A stretch of 64,000 nt of DNA from Macrostomum hystrix. Lineage: Eukaryota; Animalia; Platyhelminthes. Each line of letters opens with the position of its first letter. Within the stretch, counting starts at the first letter, position 1. This document shows, piece by piece, positions 46,152-58,400 of the stretch. Under the pieces are notes generated by a model. The model saw only the letters and a program-made list of their open reading frames with translations. It did no database searches and was not told where the DNA came from. The DNA lies in contig CATNEN010000039.1 of NCBI GenBank assembly GCA_950097015.1, positions 1,860,001 through 1,924,000 on the forward strand, written 5' to 3'. The translations under genes and the position numbers were made by a program.

Positions 46152-47087
46152 GCTGGCCTTTCCCATCAAGTCAATGTTGGCCCTTCCCATCAGGTCAATG
46201 CTGGCCTTTCCCATCACCAATGCTGGCCTTTCCCATCACCAATGCTGGCCTTTCCCATCACCAATGCTGGCCTTTCCCATCACCAATGCTGGCCTTTCCC
46301 ATCACCAATGCTGGCCTTTCCCATCACCAATGCTGGCCTTTCCCATCACCAATGCTGGCCTTTCCCATCACCAATGCTGGCCTTTCCCATCACCAATTCT
46401 GGCCTTTCCCATCACCAATTCTAGCCTTTCCCATCACCAATTCTGGCCTTTCCCATCAGGTCAATGCTGGCCTTTCCCATCACCAATGCTGGCCTTTCCC
46501 ATCACCAATTCTGGCCTTTCCCATCACCAATTCTGGCCTTTCCCATTACCAATGCTGGCCTTTCCCATCACCAATGCTGGCCTTTCCCATCACCAATTCT
46601 AGCCTTTCCCATCACCAATTCTGGCCTTTCCCATCACCAATTCTAGCCTTTCCCATCACCAATGCTGGCCTTTCCCATCACCAATTCTGGCCTTTCCCAT
46701 CAGGTCAATGCTGGCCTTTCCCATCACCAATGCTGGCCTTTCCCATCACCAATTCTGGCCTTTCCCATCACCAATGCTGGCCTTTCCCATCACCAATTCT
46801 GGCCTTTCCCATCACCAATTCTGGCCTTTCCCATCACCAATTCTGGCCTTTCCCATCACCAATGCTGGCCTTTCCCATCACCAATTCTGGCCTTTCCCAT
46901 CACCAATGCTGGCCTTTCCCATCACCAATGCTGGCCTTTCCCATCACCAATTCTGGCCTTTCCCATCACCAATGCTGGCCTTTCCCATCACCAATTCTGG
47001 CCTTTCCCATCACCAATTCTGGCCTTTCCCATCACCAATTCTGGCCTTTCCCATCACCAATTCTGGCCTTTCCCATCAACAATGCTA
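46152..47087. repeat. 22-bp minisatellite (ctggcctttcccatcaccaatg)
   Basis: About 42 copies downstream of ENY2. Confidence 0.97.
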
Positions 47088-47109
47088 GCGCTTGTCGTGT
47101 GATTAACGG

Positions 47110-47312
47110 CTTTCTGAGCCAACCTCCAAGGCACAGTGAGAGTATTACAATGCCTGACGATGAGATGATGTACACACCTGTGTGAGGGTGTCTGCGTACA
47201 TTACGTATATGTGCAAGTGTGCTCAGGAGTCAGCGAAATTGGCAGAATTGCCTCCTCGCCGGCTGCGGGCCTGCTGTCACCAAACGATGTGCCAGCGCCC
47301 GCAGCCCTTTTA
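47110..47312 (+). mobile_element. SINE family 2 body/tail
   Basis: Colinear with the reverse complement of 9570-9752. Confidence 0.7.
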
Positions 47313-47540
47313 CAAGTATTTTTGCCTATGCTTCTTGAAGATTCTCGTGAGAAAATTGCTGTCAGGAAAGAAGCCTGTCAATGTGTATTATTTTTATATT
47401 ACAGTTTTCTCAGTGACTACTAACCACTCGAATAAAGAAGTAGTATTGTGTACTTGCACTGATAATTTTCCTGGTTAATTTCGCAGGGCAAGCAGACTAC
47501 TAACACCAGGAACAGGAACATGCTTTCCAGTTCTCGGTTA

Positions 47541-48183
47541 TCAGTTGGCTGTCAGTTTCACAGAGCAGCGGCTCAATTCCGCATCATGACGATATTCAGT
47601 GCGGCCCGATTCCAGAATGAGCTTGAGTAGATTAGGCTGAAATTGCATTGTTATGGGTAATTGTTTTATGCAGCCGCTAGCCAGGTACATGTACTTCACA
47701 CCACTGCAGTTCCCCGGGCTTACATCGTTCAATATTCGTACGACTTTCCACCTGGTCTCATTGTGCCGGCAGATCGTCCGTCGGTGCTTCGGGATCAGCC
47801 GCACGACGAGCTCCCTGTCGCTGCAGAACTCGAGCAGGTCCTGAACATCCACATCCTCTCGGTAGAGAACTTCGCTGAAAAGGCCATCCCCGAGCAGCTG
47901 TGGGACATTGTGCAGCAGTGTCAGGCGCAAGCAGGTCAGCAGAGCGTCAAAGTTCAGATAGTGCCACTGGTCGTACACAATGTGACGCAAATGTACACAA
48001 ATGACAACCTTCATTTAACGCTTGCCGCGCTAGACGGCATCGAACCACGGCTGCGTGGCCTCGCTCCGATGCCCGATGGAGCGCGGGCTCTCCTTCCTCA
48101 GCGCCGCTGTTGAGCAGCCTGTCGACACCCGACAGAGCTCCGCTGTAGGCGGCCTGCCACAGGGTCTTACCGGAGGTGGCCAT
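47541..48183 (-). pseudogene. Degenerate ankyrin-repeat plus SAM-like domain gene remnant
   Basis: One frame gives GKTLWQAAYSG..V.RLLNSGA and PALHRASERGHAAVVR (ankyrin). A second frame gives LLGDGLFSEVLYREDVDVQDLLEFCSDRELVVRLIPKHRRTI (SAM-like). No clean junction found. Confidence 0.45.
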
Positions 48184-48484
48184 TCACTTAAAACGGCTTC
48201 TGCTTCAGAACGATCCCTCAAATTGAATGGCTTTGGTATGGTCCGGGCCTCACTTGGCTGCTGGACTGCGGAATGCGAAATGATGCCTTATAACAAAAAC
48301 TGTATGTTCACATTTATTAAGCCAAGGTACTTGCTAGGCACAATGGCGATCGCTTTACTAAGCTCATAGTAAATAAAAAGAATGGCAACCTTTGTTTAAA
48401 AAAAGACTCTAGTCTTTACAGGTAACAGACTGTCATTAAGCTCTAAAATGGTTCTTATAGCGTTTAAGTCTTCTGACCTGTTTG

Positions 48485-48770
48485 GGAGGTTCCAGCTGAA
48501 TGGTTGGAGCGTCGGACTCACGACTTGAAGGTCGGTGGCCCGACTCCACTGGAACAATTTGTGTCAATTAGCAAGACACTTCACTCTGCATTGCTTCAGT
48601 TCACCCAGCTGTTAAATGGGTGCCAGCATCAGCTGGGGTGATTGAAGGGGGGTTGGCGTCCCCCCAGTCCATGGACTGAACAGCCGTACGCAGCCTTGAT
48701 GCACCGCGCAATATCGGCAGCACATCTGGCCCAATTGGGGCGGGTGTAATCACTAATTATGATTATTTTT
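48485..48770 (+). mobile_element. tRNA-derived SINE, family 1 (near full length)
   Basis: ggagg..agctgaatggttggagcgtcggactcacgacttgaaggtc..gcaagacacttcactctgcattgcttcagttcacccagctgttaaatgggt..cagtccatggactg..; short att-rich tail. Confidence 0.85.
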
Positions 48771-49052
48771 CTATTTTGGTTATGGCATTTAAAATCAACC
48801 CTTATTCGTGCTCACACAGGCTTGTCTCATTAGTACGGGCCCGAACTGATTTGCTGATAAATGTGAAATTGTGTTCCCATTTCAGCCCTGTGCCTCAACA
48901 GCCTGGGATCCGGGCCACCTGCCCGAGGCGCTGTCAAGTTATTAGGGACAAGATTGGGCACTGTCAGCTTGGCAGCGAAGTAAAATAGCATTTAATGTGT
49001 TAGCTGCGGATTCAAAATCAGTCAAAGGCAATTCTGACTGGACTGAATTGCC

Positions 49053-50970
49053 ATGACTGGAGGTCGGATGAGCCCTTCGTTTGTAGGCCTTCAACTCCTA
49101 CTAACTCTTGCAGCGGTGGCAGACTGCAGGCTTGACTCCAGCACCGTCATCATTGACTCCGGCGTCAACGCGCCGTGGGCCTTCGTGCCGATCGGCGCGG
49201 AGAATGTCACGGCCCTGGTGCTGGAGGACGAGCAGTCGGCCTGGGTTCTGGTCTTCCACGACGGCTGGCTGTTTCAGCCCTTCCGTGAGGCCGCCGACCA
49301 GCTCAGGGGTCTGATCCGCTTCGGCCTGGTGCATCAGGAGGACCTGGCGACAGCGCAGCGGTTGGTGAGATTTGAGCACACGGCCCTGTCCCATGTGTCA
49401 CTAGCGGAAGACTCACAAATGTCAGTGAAATTGACACCCCAGACGCACTACTGTCAGTCAGTAGTTTGTGTGGAGTGCACCCGCAGCAGCCTGTAGAGCC
49501 GCAGGATTTCGCCTTGCAGAAATTCAATCCGTCTTCGCGAGCGAAATTCCGCGCCCTCCCCTGCGGCCCGGCGGAGCGCAAGCTGTCTGACTTCCTGGAC
49601 ACCGACGTCTTCGACGAGGCCATCGAGCACGCCAGCGCTTCTGTGCCGGCCGACTCCCTCGCACCCGTGACTGATGAGGACAGCTTGAAGAGGCTGCTGA
49701 CTGAGGCGGTCTCATCCGTGCCAACTAAATTTACAGCCATCTTTGCAATTCGTGAGTCCATTCCTACTCAAATTGCTCAGTCTGCCATCAGCCCAGAAAC
49801 ATTTTGTGAAATTCTACAACTCAGGCAGGTGTGAAACCAATTAAATTTTTATCCGGGGATCCAAATTCTTGAATTCATGTCTCAAATCCCGATCTCCTAA
49901 AGGATTCATGTCCCAAATCCCGATCTCCTATAGGATTCAAGTCCCAAATCCCAATCTCCTATAGGATTCAAGTCCAAAATCCCGATCTCCTAAAGGATTA
50001 AAGTCCCAAATCCCGATCTCCTAAAGGATTCAAGTCCAAAATCCCGATCTCCTAAAGGATTAAAGTCCAAAATCCCGATCTCCTAAAGGATTCAAGTCCA
50101 AAATCCGATCTCCTAAAGGATTAAAGTCCCAAATCCCGATCTCCTAAAGGATTCAAGTCCCAAATCCCGATCTCCTAAAGGATTAAAGATCCAAATCCCG
50201 ATCTCCTATAGGATTTAAGTCCCAAATCCCAATCTCCTAATGGATTTAAGTCCCAAATCCCGATCTCCTAAAGGATTCCAGTCCAAAATCCCAATCTCCT
50301 AAAGGATTCAAGTCCCGAATTCCAGAAGATTCAGATCATAAAATCCAATTCCTAAGACGATTCTGATCAGAGATCCCAATTCCTATCAGATCGTATTCCC
50401 GAAGTCCCGCCTCCCCGGCCCGTCACCCGCCCAGGCGACAGCACACCGACCCTGCTGCAGCGGTCGCTGGCCAACAAGCTGTCCAATGTCTTCAACTTCG
50501 GCCTGCTCACCCGGGCGCGGCCGCACGAGCCACTGGACCGGGTCGGCCTCGGCGGCTACTCAACCCCTGTGCCCGGCCTGATGGTCCTGCAGATGCGAGC
50601 GGCGACTTCCAGCGGCTCCGGCCCGGATGGCAACAGCCTGGCAACCATTGAGATCTCTCGCCTAGACGAAAGCGGCATTGCCGGCGCCGGAGATCGCGCT
50701 GAAGACGGCGATGACGAAGAGGCGGAAGTTGAGCTCAACTACGCCGACGCGCTCCGCTTTCTGGTTGAGTACAATCGACACTTTCGAGCCGAACTGCCGG
50801 GCCAAAATCAGGCCAACTTGACCGAGGTTCGCCTGCTCACCCCGCTGCTGAGCCGCGAGAGGCTGGCCTTCGGCATCTTCGACTTCTCCGACAGGCTGGG
50901 CGAGTCCGGGGCAGCTGGACCCGCTGATGAGGAGCCGAGTTCGGGTACAGTTGAGCACAGCGAGCTGTGA
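49053..50970 (+). CDS. Uncharacterised ER-luminal protein with redox-inactive thioredoxin-like folds (PDI/DNAJC16-like)
   Basis: Exons 49053-49364, 49520-49751, 50435-50970, phases consistent. Signal peptide LQLLLTLAAVADC; WVLVF...AADQLRGLIRFGLV with no CxxC; C-terminal HSEL retention-like motif. Confidence 0.75.
49870..50322. repeat. 31-bp minisatellite (aagtcccaaatcccgatctcctaaaggattc)
   Basis: Intron 2 of the ER protein gene. Confidence 0.93.
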
Positions 50971-51262
50971 ATCAAATCTACTCACAGGGCGAGTCTGTGG
51001 CTGCCAATGGCCTTAGAAAATTCTTTAAAAAATGGAAGCCTTACAAAAATTGTAACAAGCTCTATTGATTTTTCGATTCTAATATTTCCGCTCCATCCCT
51101 GCCTGTCTTTGTTCGCTCATATTTTTACCCACCCCTCCTCCTGCGACCCCTTCCCTAAATCTCAACTTCCTTCTTTTCATCTCTCCTTTAATCTCACACT
51201 TAATATCATCATCTAGCCCCATCTTTCTCCCTCTCTCCCTCTCTCCCTCTCTCCCTTCTTCT

Positions 51263-51440
51263 CTCATCTCACCCGCCATCTCACCCTCCATCTCACCCGC
51301 CATCTCACCCTTCGTCTCACCCTCCATCTCACCCGTCATCTCACCCTCCATCTCACCCGCCATCTCACCTTCCATCTCACCTTCCATCTCACCCTCCATC
51401 TCACCCTCCATCTCACCTTCCATCTCACCTTCCATCTCAT
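51263..51440. repeat. 12-bp minisatellite (catctcaccctc)
   Basis: About 14 copies. Confidence 0.92.
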
Positions 51441-51942
51441 TGTTCGTCTCATTATCTCGCCAACTCAATCTAAAAATTTTGTCTCCTAGCCAGTGTCGCA
51501 TGTGTATCAATTATCCTTCCTGAAATCATGCAAAAGCGAGTGTATTGGCTTAGTTTTGTTTATCTCTCCAACAAACTGCGACCGGGCTGAGTCAGCAAGC
51601 CAATAAGTTGAACGTCAAATCTTAGGCAACAAAATAAACTCCAAGATTTATGAGGCCTTCATAAATTTTTCGTACAAACAGCTGCCCTGAAAACCCATGC
51701 GCTGTTCAACGGGGGTCATCATTCTTAATCTCTATCCGGAAATGAAGAAAAAATTTTAAAAGCTTTGCCAACTAATTTGATAGATGCCCCGAGTGACCAT
51801 TCGGGTGTGGCATGGCAATGGCGACAAACCAAAGCTTGATATGGCGTGAAATAAAAAAGTTGCAATTCGAAAGTCACTGGGAATGAATGGTCTTAGGACT
51901 AGCCTCGTGTACATAAGACTTGTGAACATGAGATTAACCTCT

Positions 51943-52400
51943 TGGACACGTAATTATCCTTATGGACACGCGATTGTCCTTATAGACACGTGATTGTCCT
52001 TATAGACACGTGATTGTCCTTATAGACACGTGATTATCCTTATGGACACGCGATTGTCCTTATAGACACGTGATTATCCTTATGGACACGCGATTGTCCT
52101 TATAGACACGTGATTGTCCTTATAGACACGTGATTGTCCTTATAGACACGTGATTGTCCTTATAGACACGTGATTATCCTTGTGGACACGCGATTGTCCT
52201 TATAGACACATGATTATCCTAATAGAAATGTGATTATCCTTGTGGACACGCGATTGTCCTTATAGACATGTGACTATCCTTGTGGACATGTGACTATCCT
52301 TATAGACATGTGACTATCCTTGTGGACACGTGATTATCCTTGTGGACATGTGACTATCCTTATAGACATGTGATTATCCTTATGGAGCTGTGGTTATCCT
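51943..52400. repeat. 20-bp minisatellite (tatagacacgtgattgtcct)
   Basis: About 22 copies. Confidence 0.95.
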
Positions 52401-54299
52401 TACTAGCCTTGTGGACCAGGAACTGGTGGGGATGGAAGCCAAGGTACTGGACATGGTACAGGCGGTGCAGGAATCATTATAATCGAATTAGGCCATCGCT
52501 AAGGCGGTCCTCGGGGCAGCAGACCAAAGGAGTGTCAGAAAGCTCAGCTCAGTAAGAGCAGAGTCCTCCTCTCCCTCCTCTGCTCTGTCCTCAATCCCCC
52601 TCTGTCTGTCGCTGCTTCCCTGCTGCAAGGCCTGCTTCTTTAGACCGGGGCCGCCCACGTCAATCTGTTTCTGACGTCTCCGCGGGCGGGATGCGATGCT
52701 CGGCTGTTGTGAAGGCGAAGGAGGAAAGTGTGAGCACACGGGGCGGGAAAGAGGAGCGAGAGAGCGCCTCCCGTGTGCGGGCAGGAGGGAGTAGAGGGCT
52801 GGGATTTCAGGTTGCGCCTGAATACAGTTTCCCCTATTTCTCCCCTAGGGGGAGGGGGAGAGTTGGGTCTAGAAAAATGTTCTGAGCACAGGCAGTCAGA
52901 AGACATTGCGCTCCGAGCGGAATCCCGGGTAGGGGGTAGAGGGGCGAATCGGCCTCGGAGGGGCGCTGAGTCTTGGGAAGAGCGCACGGTAATCTGCAAA
53001 TCCCACTTCCCAAGCCCACCTTCCTCCTCCAATCCCCAGTGGAGATCAAGCTGCCCGCTGCAGGGGCCGCGGCTCTGTCTTTCACCTCTGAGAGCGGCCA
53101 GCGGCGCAGAGGCTTAGAGAGGTCTGACTGACGTCGAGGCAGCCCTACCCCCCTGCATGTAGGGAGAGAGAGAGCACAGGACGGAGGCACATCCTGCTTG
53201 TGTCGGCCCCCTCCCTCCTCGGTCCTATCGCAATTTTCTTTATCTCTCGGCTCGCGGGACGGCTCAAGCCGGGCTGGAGGCGCGGAAGCAGACCGGCTGC
53301 AGACTGGCCGCACTGATTTCTTGGCCTGTTGCCGACCTGCAGGTGAGTCGATTAGGCTATTGCTGAGAGTCGAGCCGTCAGTTGCGGCAAGAAACGGCTC
53401 CGCTTGTTCGCGGTGCTGAACAGCAATGCTCAGCTTGGCCCCATGCAGACTGCGAGACTGTCGCTCTCGCCTGCTTGTGGGCCAAGTTTTTTAGCACCAC
53501 GATTAAGTGGAGCGGGCCGACTGCGACCTGCGTTAGTCCCCGCATGCAGCTCATGGTGTGACTCGCTATTGTTTATTTCGATTCCAAAAAAAAGAAGAAA
53601 CTTTGTCCAAAATTTAGACTTTTCAATTTCTCGTACATTTTTAAACTTCGTCGTATCTATCTGATAATGTGATAAGAGTACTTTTTGACTCGGAAAAAAC
53701 TATACTTTCCTTGCCTCGAGCTACGAGCGTTGTCTTCCCTCGAAATGTGACTTGATCGCTTTGCATTCTACTTGATTAATTTTGTGACCTACACGCATAT
53801 AAAATGTATACATTTTCGAAAGTACTACTGAGCTAGGAAATAATAAGTAGTGTAGTGAGAACTTAATATGTGCATTGCTTACTCAGCTACCTCAAAGCAT
53901 TCTCTGCATAATAAATTTAGCCTTCGCTGTCGATTCGAACAGCTGAGATAAGAGGGCCGGGAGGCAACTTTGAGCCGACAATCAATCAATCAGTGCCAAT
54001 GAGCTGTGGGACAGACCGTCAACATTCCCAACAACTGCTAACAGCAGGTGGTTCCTGTCTGGTTTCTAGGCCGGTAATTAATTATTTTCGCAATTAAAAA
54101 TTGGCAGAGCTGCTTACCCGCATTGGGAAACTGCTGAACAATGCCATCAGACACGAGTCTAAATAAAAAGTGGTGCACGGTAGAAGTAACCAGAAAAGAT
54201 TCGCGGCAAAAGGAAATCGACATGTTGAAAGCGTGTTGCCTGGAAAAGAAGCCTTAGATTAAAGCCTATAACATAGGGAATCAGACTTGAGCCTTAGCC

Positions 54300-54470
54300 A
54301 GAATCGCAGCAAGAGTAGTGGAATCGCAGCAAGAGAAGAGGAATATCGTAGCAAAAGTAGATGAATCAAAGCAAGAGTACAGGAATCGAAGCAGGAGTAG
54401 AGTAATCGTACCAAGAGTCCAGGAATCGAAGCAGGAGTAGAGTAATCGTACCAAGAGTCCAGGAATCGTA
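54300..54470. repeat. Degenerate 20/40-bp tandem repeat (ggaatcgcagcaagagtag)
   Basis: Direct reading. Confidence 0.8.
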
Positions 54471-54664
54471 GGAAATGCTCATTTAGAAGCGTTGCCAGAG
54501 TTGAAAACCGAAGCAATATAGCTGCTACCTTTAAGTACTCACAGTAGCTTTTAAAATTTTACTTGACAAGTCTATTTCATATGGGTGACGTAATTTTGCA
54601 GAAAATACAGGCAACTCATTGTAGAAAGCCAAGCTTAGAAAAAACGATTTATAGCTCATGCATG

Positions 54665-55418
54665 CCCTTATCAGTCCTCAGTCTCACAGCAACCAGCCCT
54701 TATCATTCCTCAGTGTCACAGCCAGCCCTTATCATTCCTCAGTGTCACAACCAACCCTTATCATTCCTCAGTGTCACAGCCAGCCCTTATCATTCCTCAG
54801 TGTCACAGCCAACCCTTATCATTCCTCAGTGTCACAGCCAACCCTTATCATTCCTCAGTGTCACAGCCAGCCCTTATCATTCCTCAGTGTCACAGCCAAC
54901 CCTTATCATTCCTCAGTGTCACAGCCAACCCTTATCATTCCTCAGTGTCACAACCAACCCTTATCATTCCTCAGTGTCACAGCCAGCCCTTATCATTCCT
55001 CAGTGTCACAGCCAACCCTTATCATTCCTCAGTGTCACAGCCAACCCTTATCATTCCTCAGTGTCACAGCCAACCATTATCATTTCTCAGTGTCACAGCC
55101 AACCCTTATCATTTCTCAGTGTCACAGCCAGCCCTTATCATTCCTCAGTGTCACAGCCAACCATTATCATTCCTCAGTGTCACAGCCAACCCTTATCATT
55201 TCTCAGTGTCACAGCCAACCCTTATCATTTCTCAGTGTCACAGCCAACCCTTATCATTTCTCAGTGTCACAGCCAGCCCTTATCATTTCTCAGTCTCACA
55301 GCCAACCCTTATCATTTCTCAGTGTCACAGCCAACCCTTATCATTCCTCAGTGTCACAGCCAACCCTTATCATTTCTCAGTGTCACAGCCAACCCTTATC
55401 ATTCCTCAGTGTCACAGC
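54665..55418. repeat. 29-bp minisatellite (cagtgtcacagccaacccttatcattcct)
   Basis: About 26 copies, starting about 40 nt after the PYROXD2 stop. Confidence 0.97.
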
Positions 55419-55455
55419 AGGTTCTCGACAATCTCCACGCATTTCTGTGACCTGT

Positions 55456-58400
55456 CTACCACCTGGCGCCTCGCTTCCAGTCGGCCGCAACCTCCATGGC
55501 GCAGAGCCGGCCGGGCGCGCCCATGACTCCGCCGCCGGGGTGGGCGCCGCTGCCGCACAGGTAGAGCCCGGCTATCGGGCTGCGATAGTCGCAGAACTGA
55601 GGCGTCGGCCTCATAAAGTACAGCTGGTCCAGAGAAATTCCGCCATGAAAAATATTGCCACCGGTCAGGCCGAAGATGTTCTCGAGATCCTGCGGCGTGA
55701 GGATCTCGTAGCCCAGGACAGACTGGGAGAAACCGGGCGCGTAGCGGTCAACGCAGTCAAAGACGACCTTCTTGTAGGCCTCTTTGTCGGCTTCCGTCCA
55801 CGGCTTTCCGTTGAGCAGTCGCGGGGTGTACTGGGTGAATAGCTGGACCACGTGAGCACCTGGATTGTTTGTTCAGGTGGGTCTGTGCGCTTCAGTTCGT
55901 CTGTTTAACATGTGTGTCTAACAGGTGCCATTTGTGTCTAACAGGTGACATGTGTGTCTAACAGGTGACATGTGTGTCTAACAAGTGCCATATGTGTCTA
56001 ACCAGTGATATATGTGTCTAACCAGTGATATATGTGTCTAACAGGTGACATGTATTTCTAACAGATACCATGTGTGTCTAACAGGTGACATGTGTGTCTA
56101 ACAGGTGCCATGTGTCTAACAAGTGCCATATGTGTCTAACCAGTGATATATGTGTCTAACAGGTACCATATGTGTCTAGCAGGTGCCATATGTGTCTAAC
56201 AGGTGACATGTATGTCTAACAGATGCCATGTGTGTCTAACAGGTGCCATGTGTCTAACAAGTGCCATATGTGTCTAACCAGTGATATATGTGTCTAACAG
56301 GTACCATATGTGTCTAGCAGGTGCCATATGTGTCTAACAGGTGACATGTATGTCTAACAGATGCCATGTGTGTCTAACAGGTGCCATGTGTCTAACAAGT
56401 GCCATATGTGTCTAACCAGTGATATATGTGTCTAACAGGTACCATATGTGTCTAGCAGGTGCCATATGTGTCTAACAGGTGACATGTATGTCTAACAGAT
56501 GCCATGTGTGTCTAACAGGTGCCATGTGTCTAACAAGTGCCATATGTGTCTAACCAGTGATATATGTGTCTAACAGGTACCATATGTGTCTAGCAGGTGC
56601 CATATGTGTCTAACAGGTGCCATATATGTCAAACAGGTGCCATGTGTGTCTAACAGGTGACATGTATGGCAAACAGGTGCCATGTGTGTCTAACAGGTGA
56701 TGCATGTGTCAAACATATAACATTCGTGTCTAACAGATTTTGCGTGTGTCTAACAGGTGACTTATGTTTCTAACTGTTTTTGCCTGTGTCGAAATGGTGA
56801 CGTCAGTGTCTAACAGGCAATGTTAGAACAGTTTTCGTGAAGCCAGACTGCCTTTGGTAAATGTGAAGGCCAGCAACTACGAGTACAAGAGGAGTCTAAG
56901 CAGTCTTTAGTTAATCATTCGTACCTTTTGGCGCCAGGCTGTCATCTACCGCGCTCGGCACCGACATCTCAATCACCGGTGTGTCAACATAGCCGCCGAG
57001 CTGGCAAACACGAAACGCGTTCTCGATATCCGCTCGGCTCTCGCTGTTCAACTGAATCGGGCACATGAAATGCTCTGGCGGCTGCCCGCTCTCCGGGTTC
57101 GGGTCGGCCACAAAGTCAGGCAGTCGCGATACGGCCACGTTGATCTTTGTCACTGGGGAGGCGTAGTCGATTCGGCGAATGGCTGCGCGGAACTCATCGG
57201 GCAGCGCGTTGGCTGGCAGGAGGTCCTCGAATGTGATCTTCGGCGTGGCGTTCGACAGAACAATCGGCGCGTCGAGTTCGCTGCCGTCGGAGAGTACAAC
57301 ACCTTCAGCGCGGCCGTTGGACACCTTAATCTGCGACACGACTGCCTCTGAGAAAATTGATACGCCTGGCAGGGTGGGAGGGGGGAGCATAGAAGCACGG
57401 AAGACCTACCAAAAACTGCTTCTCGACTGAGAATCTGCATTTCAGGATAGGAAAAAATGGCACTGGCTTAATCTGATCAATAAACAGAGTTAAATAACAT
57501 AAGACCACAGCCAGAGAGACAGAGGGGCAGAGAGTGCACTTGTAAACATCTGTGATGGGCTAGCTGGGTAGAGCAAATGTACATTGAGAGAGAGGAGAGA
57601 AAGGACTGGACTTGAGGGACTGAGGGGCAGAGAGTATGTACACTAGTGAAGACATGCGCTGGGGTATAGATAAAATGTACAATGAGAGAGAGGAGAGAAG
57701 GGACTGGACTTGAGGGACTGAGGGGCAGAGAGTATGGACACTAGTGAAGACATGCACTGGTCTAGCTGGGGTAGAGAATATTTAAATCGACAGAAAGCAC
57801 TCGGCTAAAAAGTCTGTTATGTACAAGAAATGAGTGAGTTTGACTTACCATCGTTCGTCAAGGACTAGGGGGTACGTAAATGAGCAAGTATGGAGATTCG
57901 ACTGACCTCTATCGACAGCGCTAGCAGCGATGGCGTTGCTGACAGCGCCCATGCCGCCGCGAACGAAGCCCCAGGCGCCCCTGGTGCCGTTGAACTCGCC
58001 CATGAAGTGGTGAAGCAAGACGTAGCCGCTGCCAGGCGAACTGGGACTCACCATGGCGCCGATGATGCTGTCGAATGCGATGTTGGCCTTCAAAGACTCG
58101 CACTCGAGCCAGCGGTCCAGTACGCGAGAGGCAGAAACAACGAGTAGCTCGTACAACTGAGTAATCCGCGGGCCGAGGTCGCGGCACAGCCTGTACAGGG
58201 GCTCGATGCGCTTCAACTCGCGCAGTTTCTCAGCTGCGCCACCAGACGACATCAGTCGGTGCAGATTGAAGGGCGGATTGTCGAGCAGCGGCTCCAGACT
58301 CCCCGCCAGCCGGCTGATGTAGTCTGAGAACCGGAAGTACTGCTCCGCATCCGACCGAGAGAAGGCGGCTATAGCCTGGTGGGATCTGGCTTCATCCTTG

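Noticed and set aside
47661-48113. 150-aa plus-strand ORF
   Set aside because: It has no recognisable motif and is best explained as the antisense shadow of the ankyrin-SAM remnant.
50827-50894. Possible small intron near the end of the ER protein gene
   Set aside because: Unspliced reading stays in frame and ends in HSEL, whereas splicing would shift the frame.
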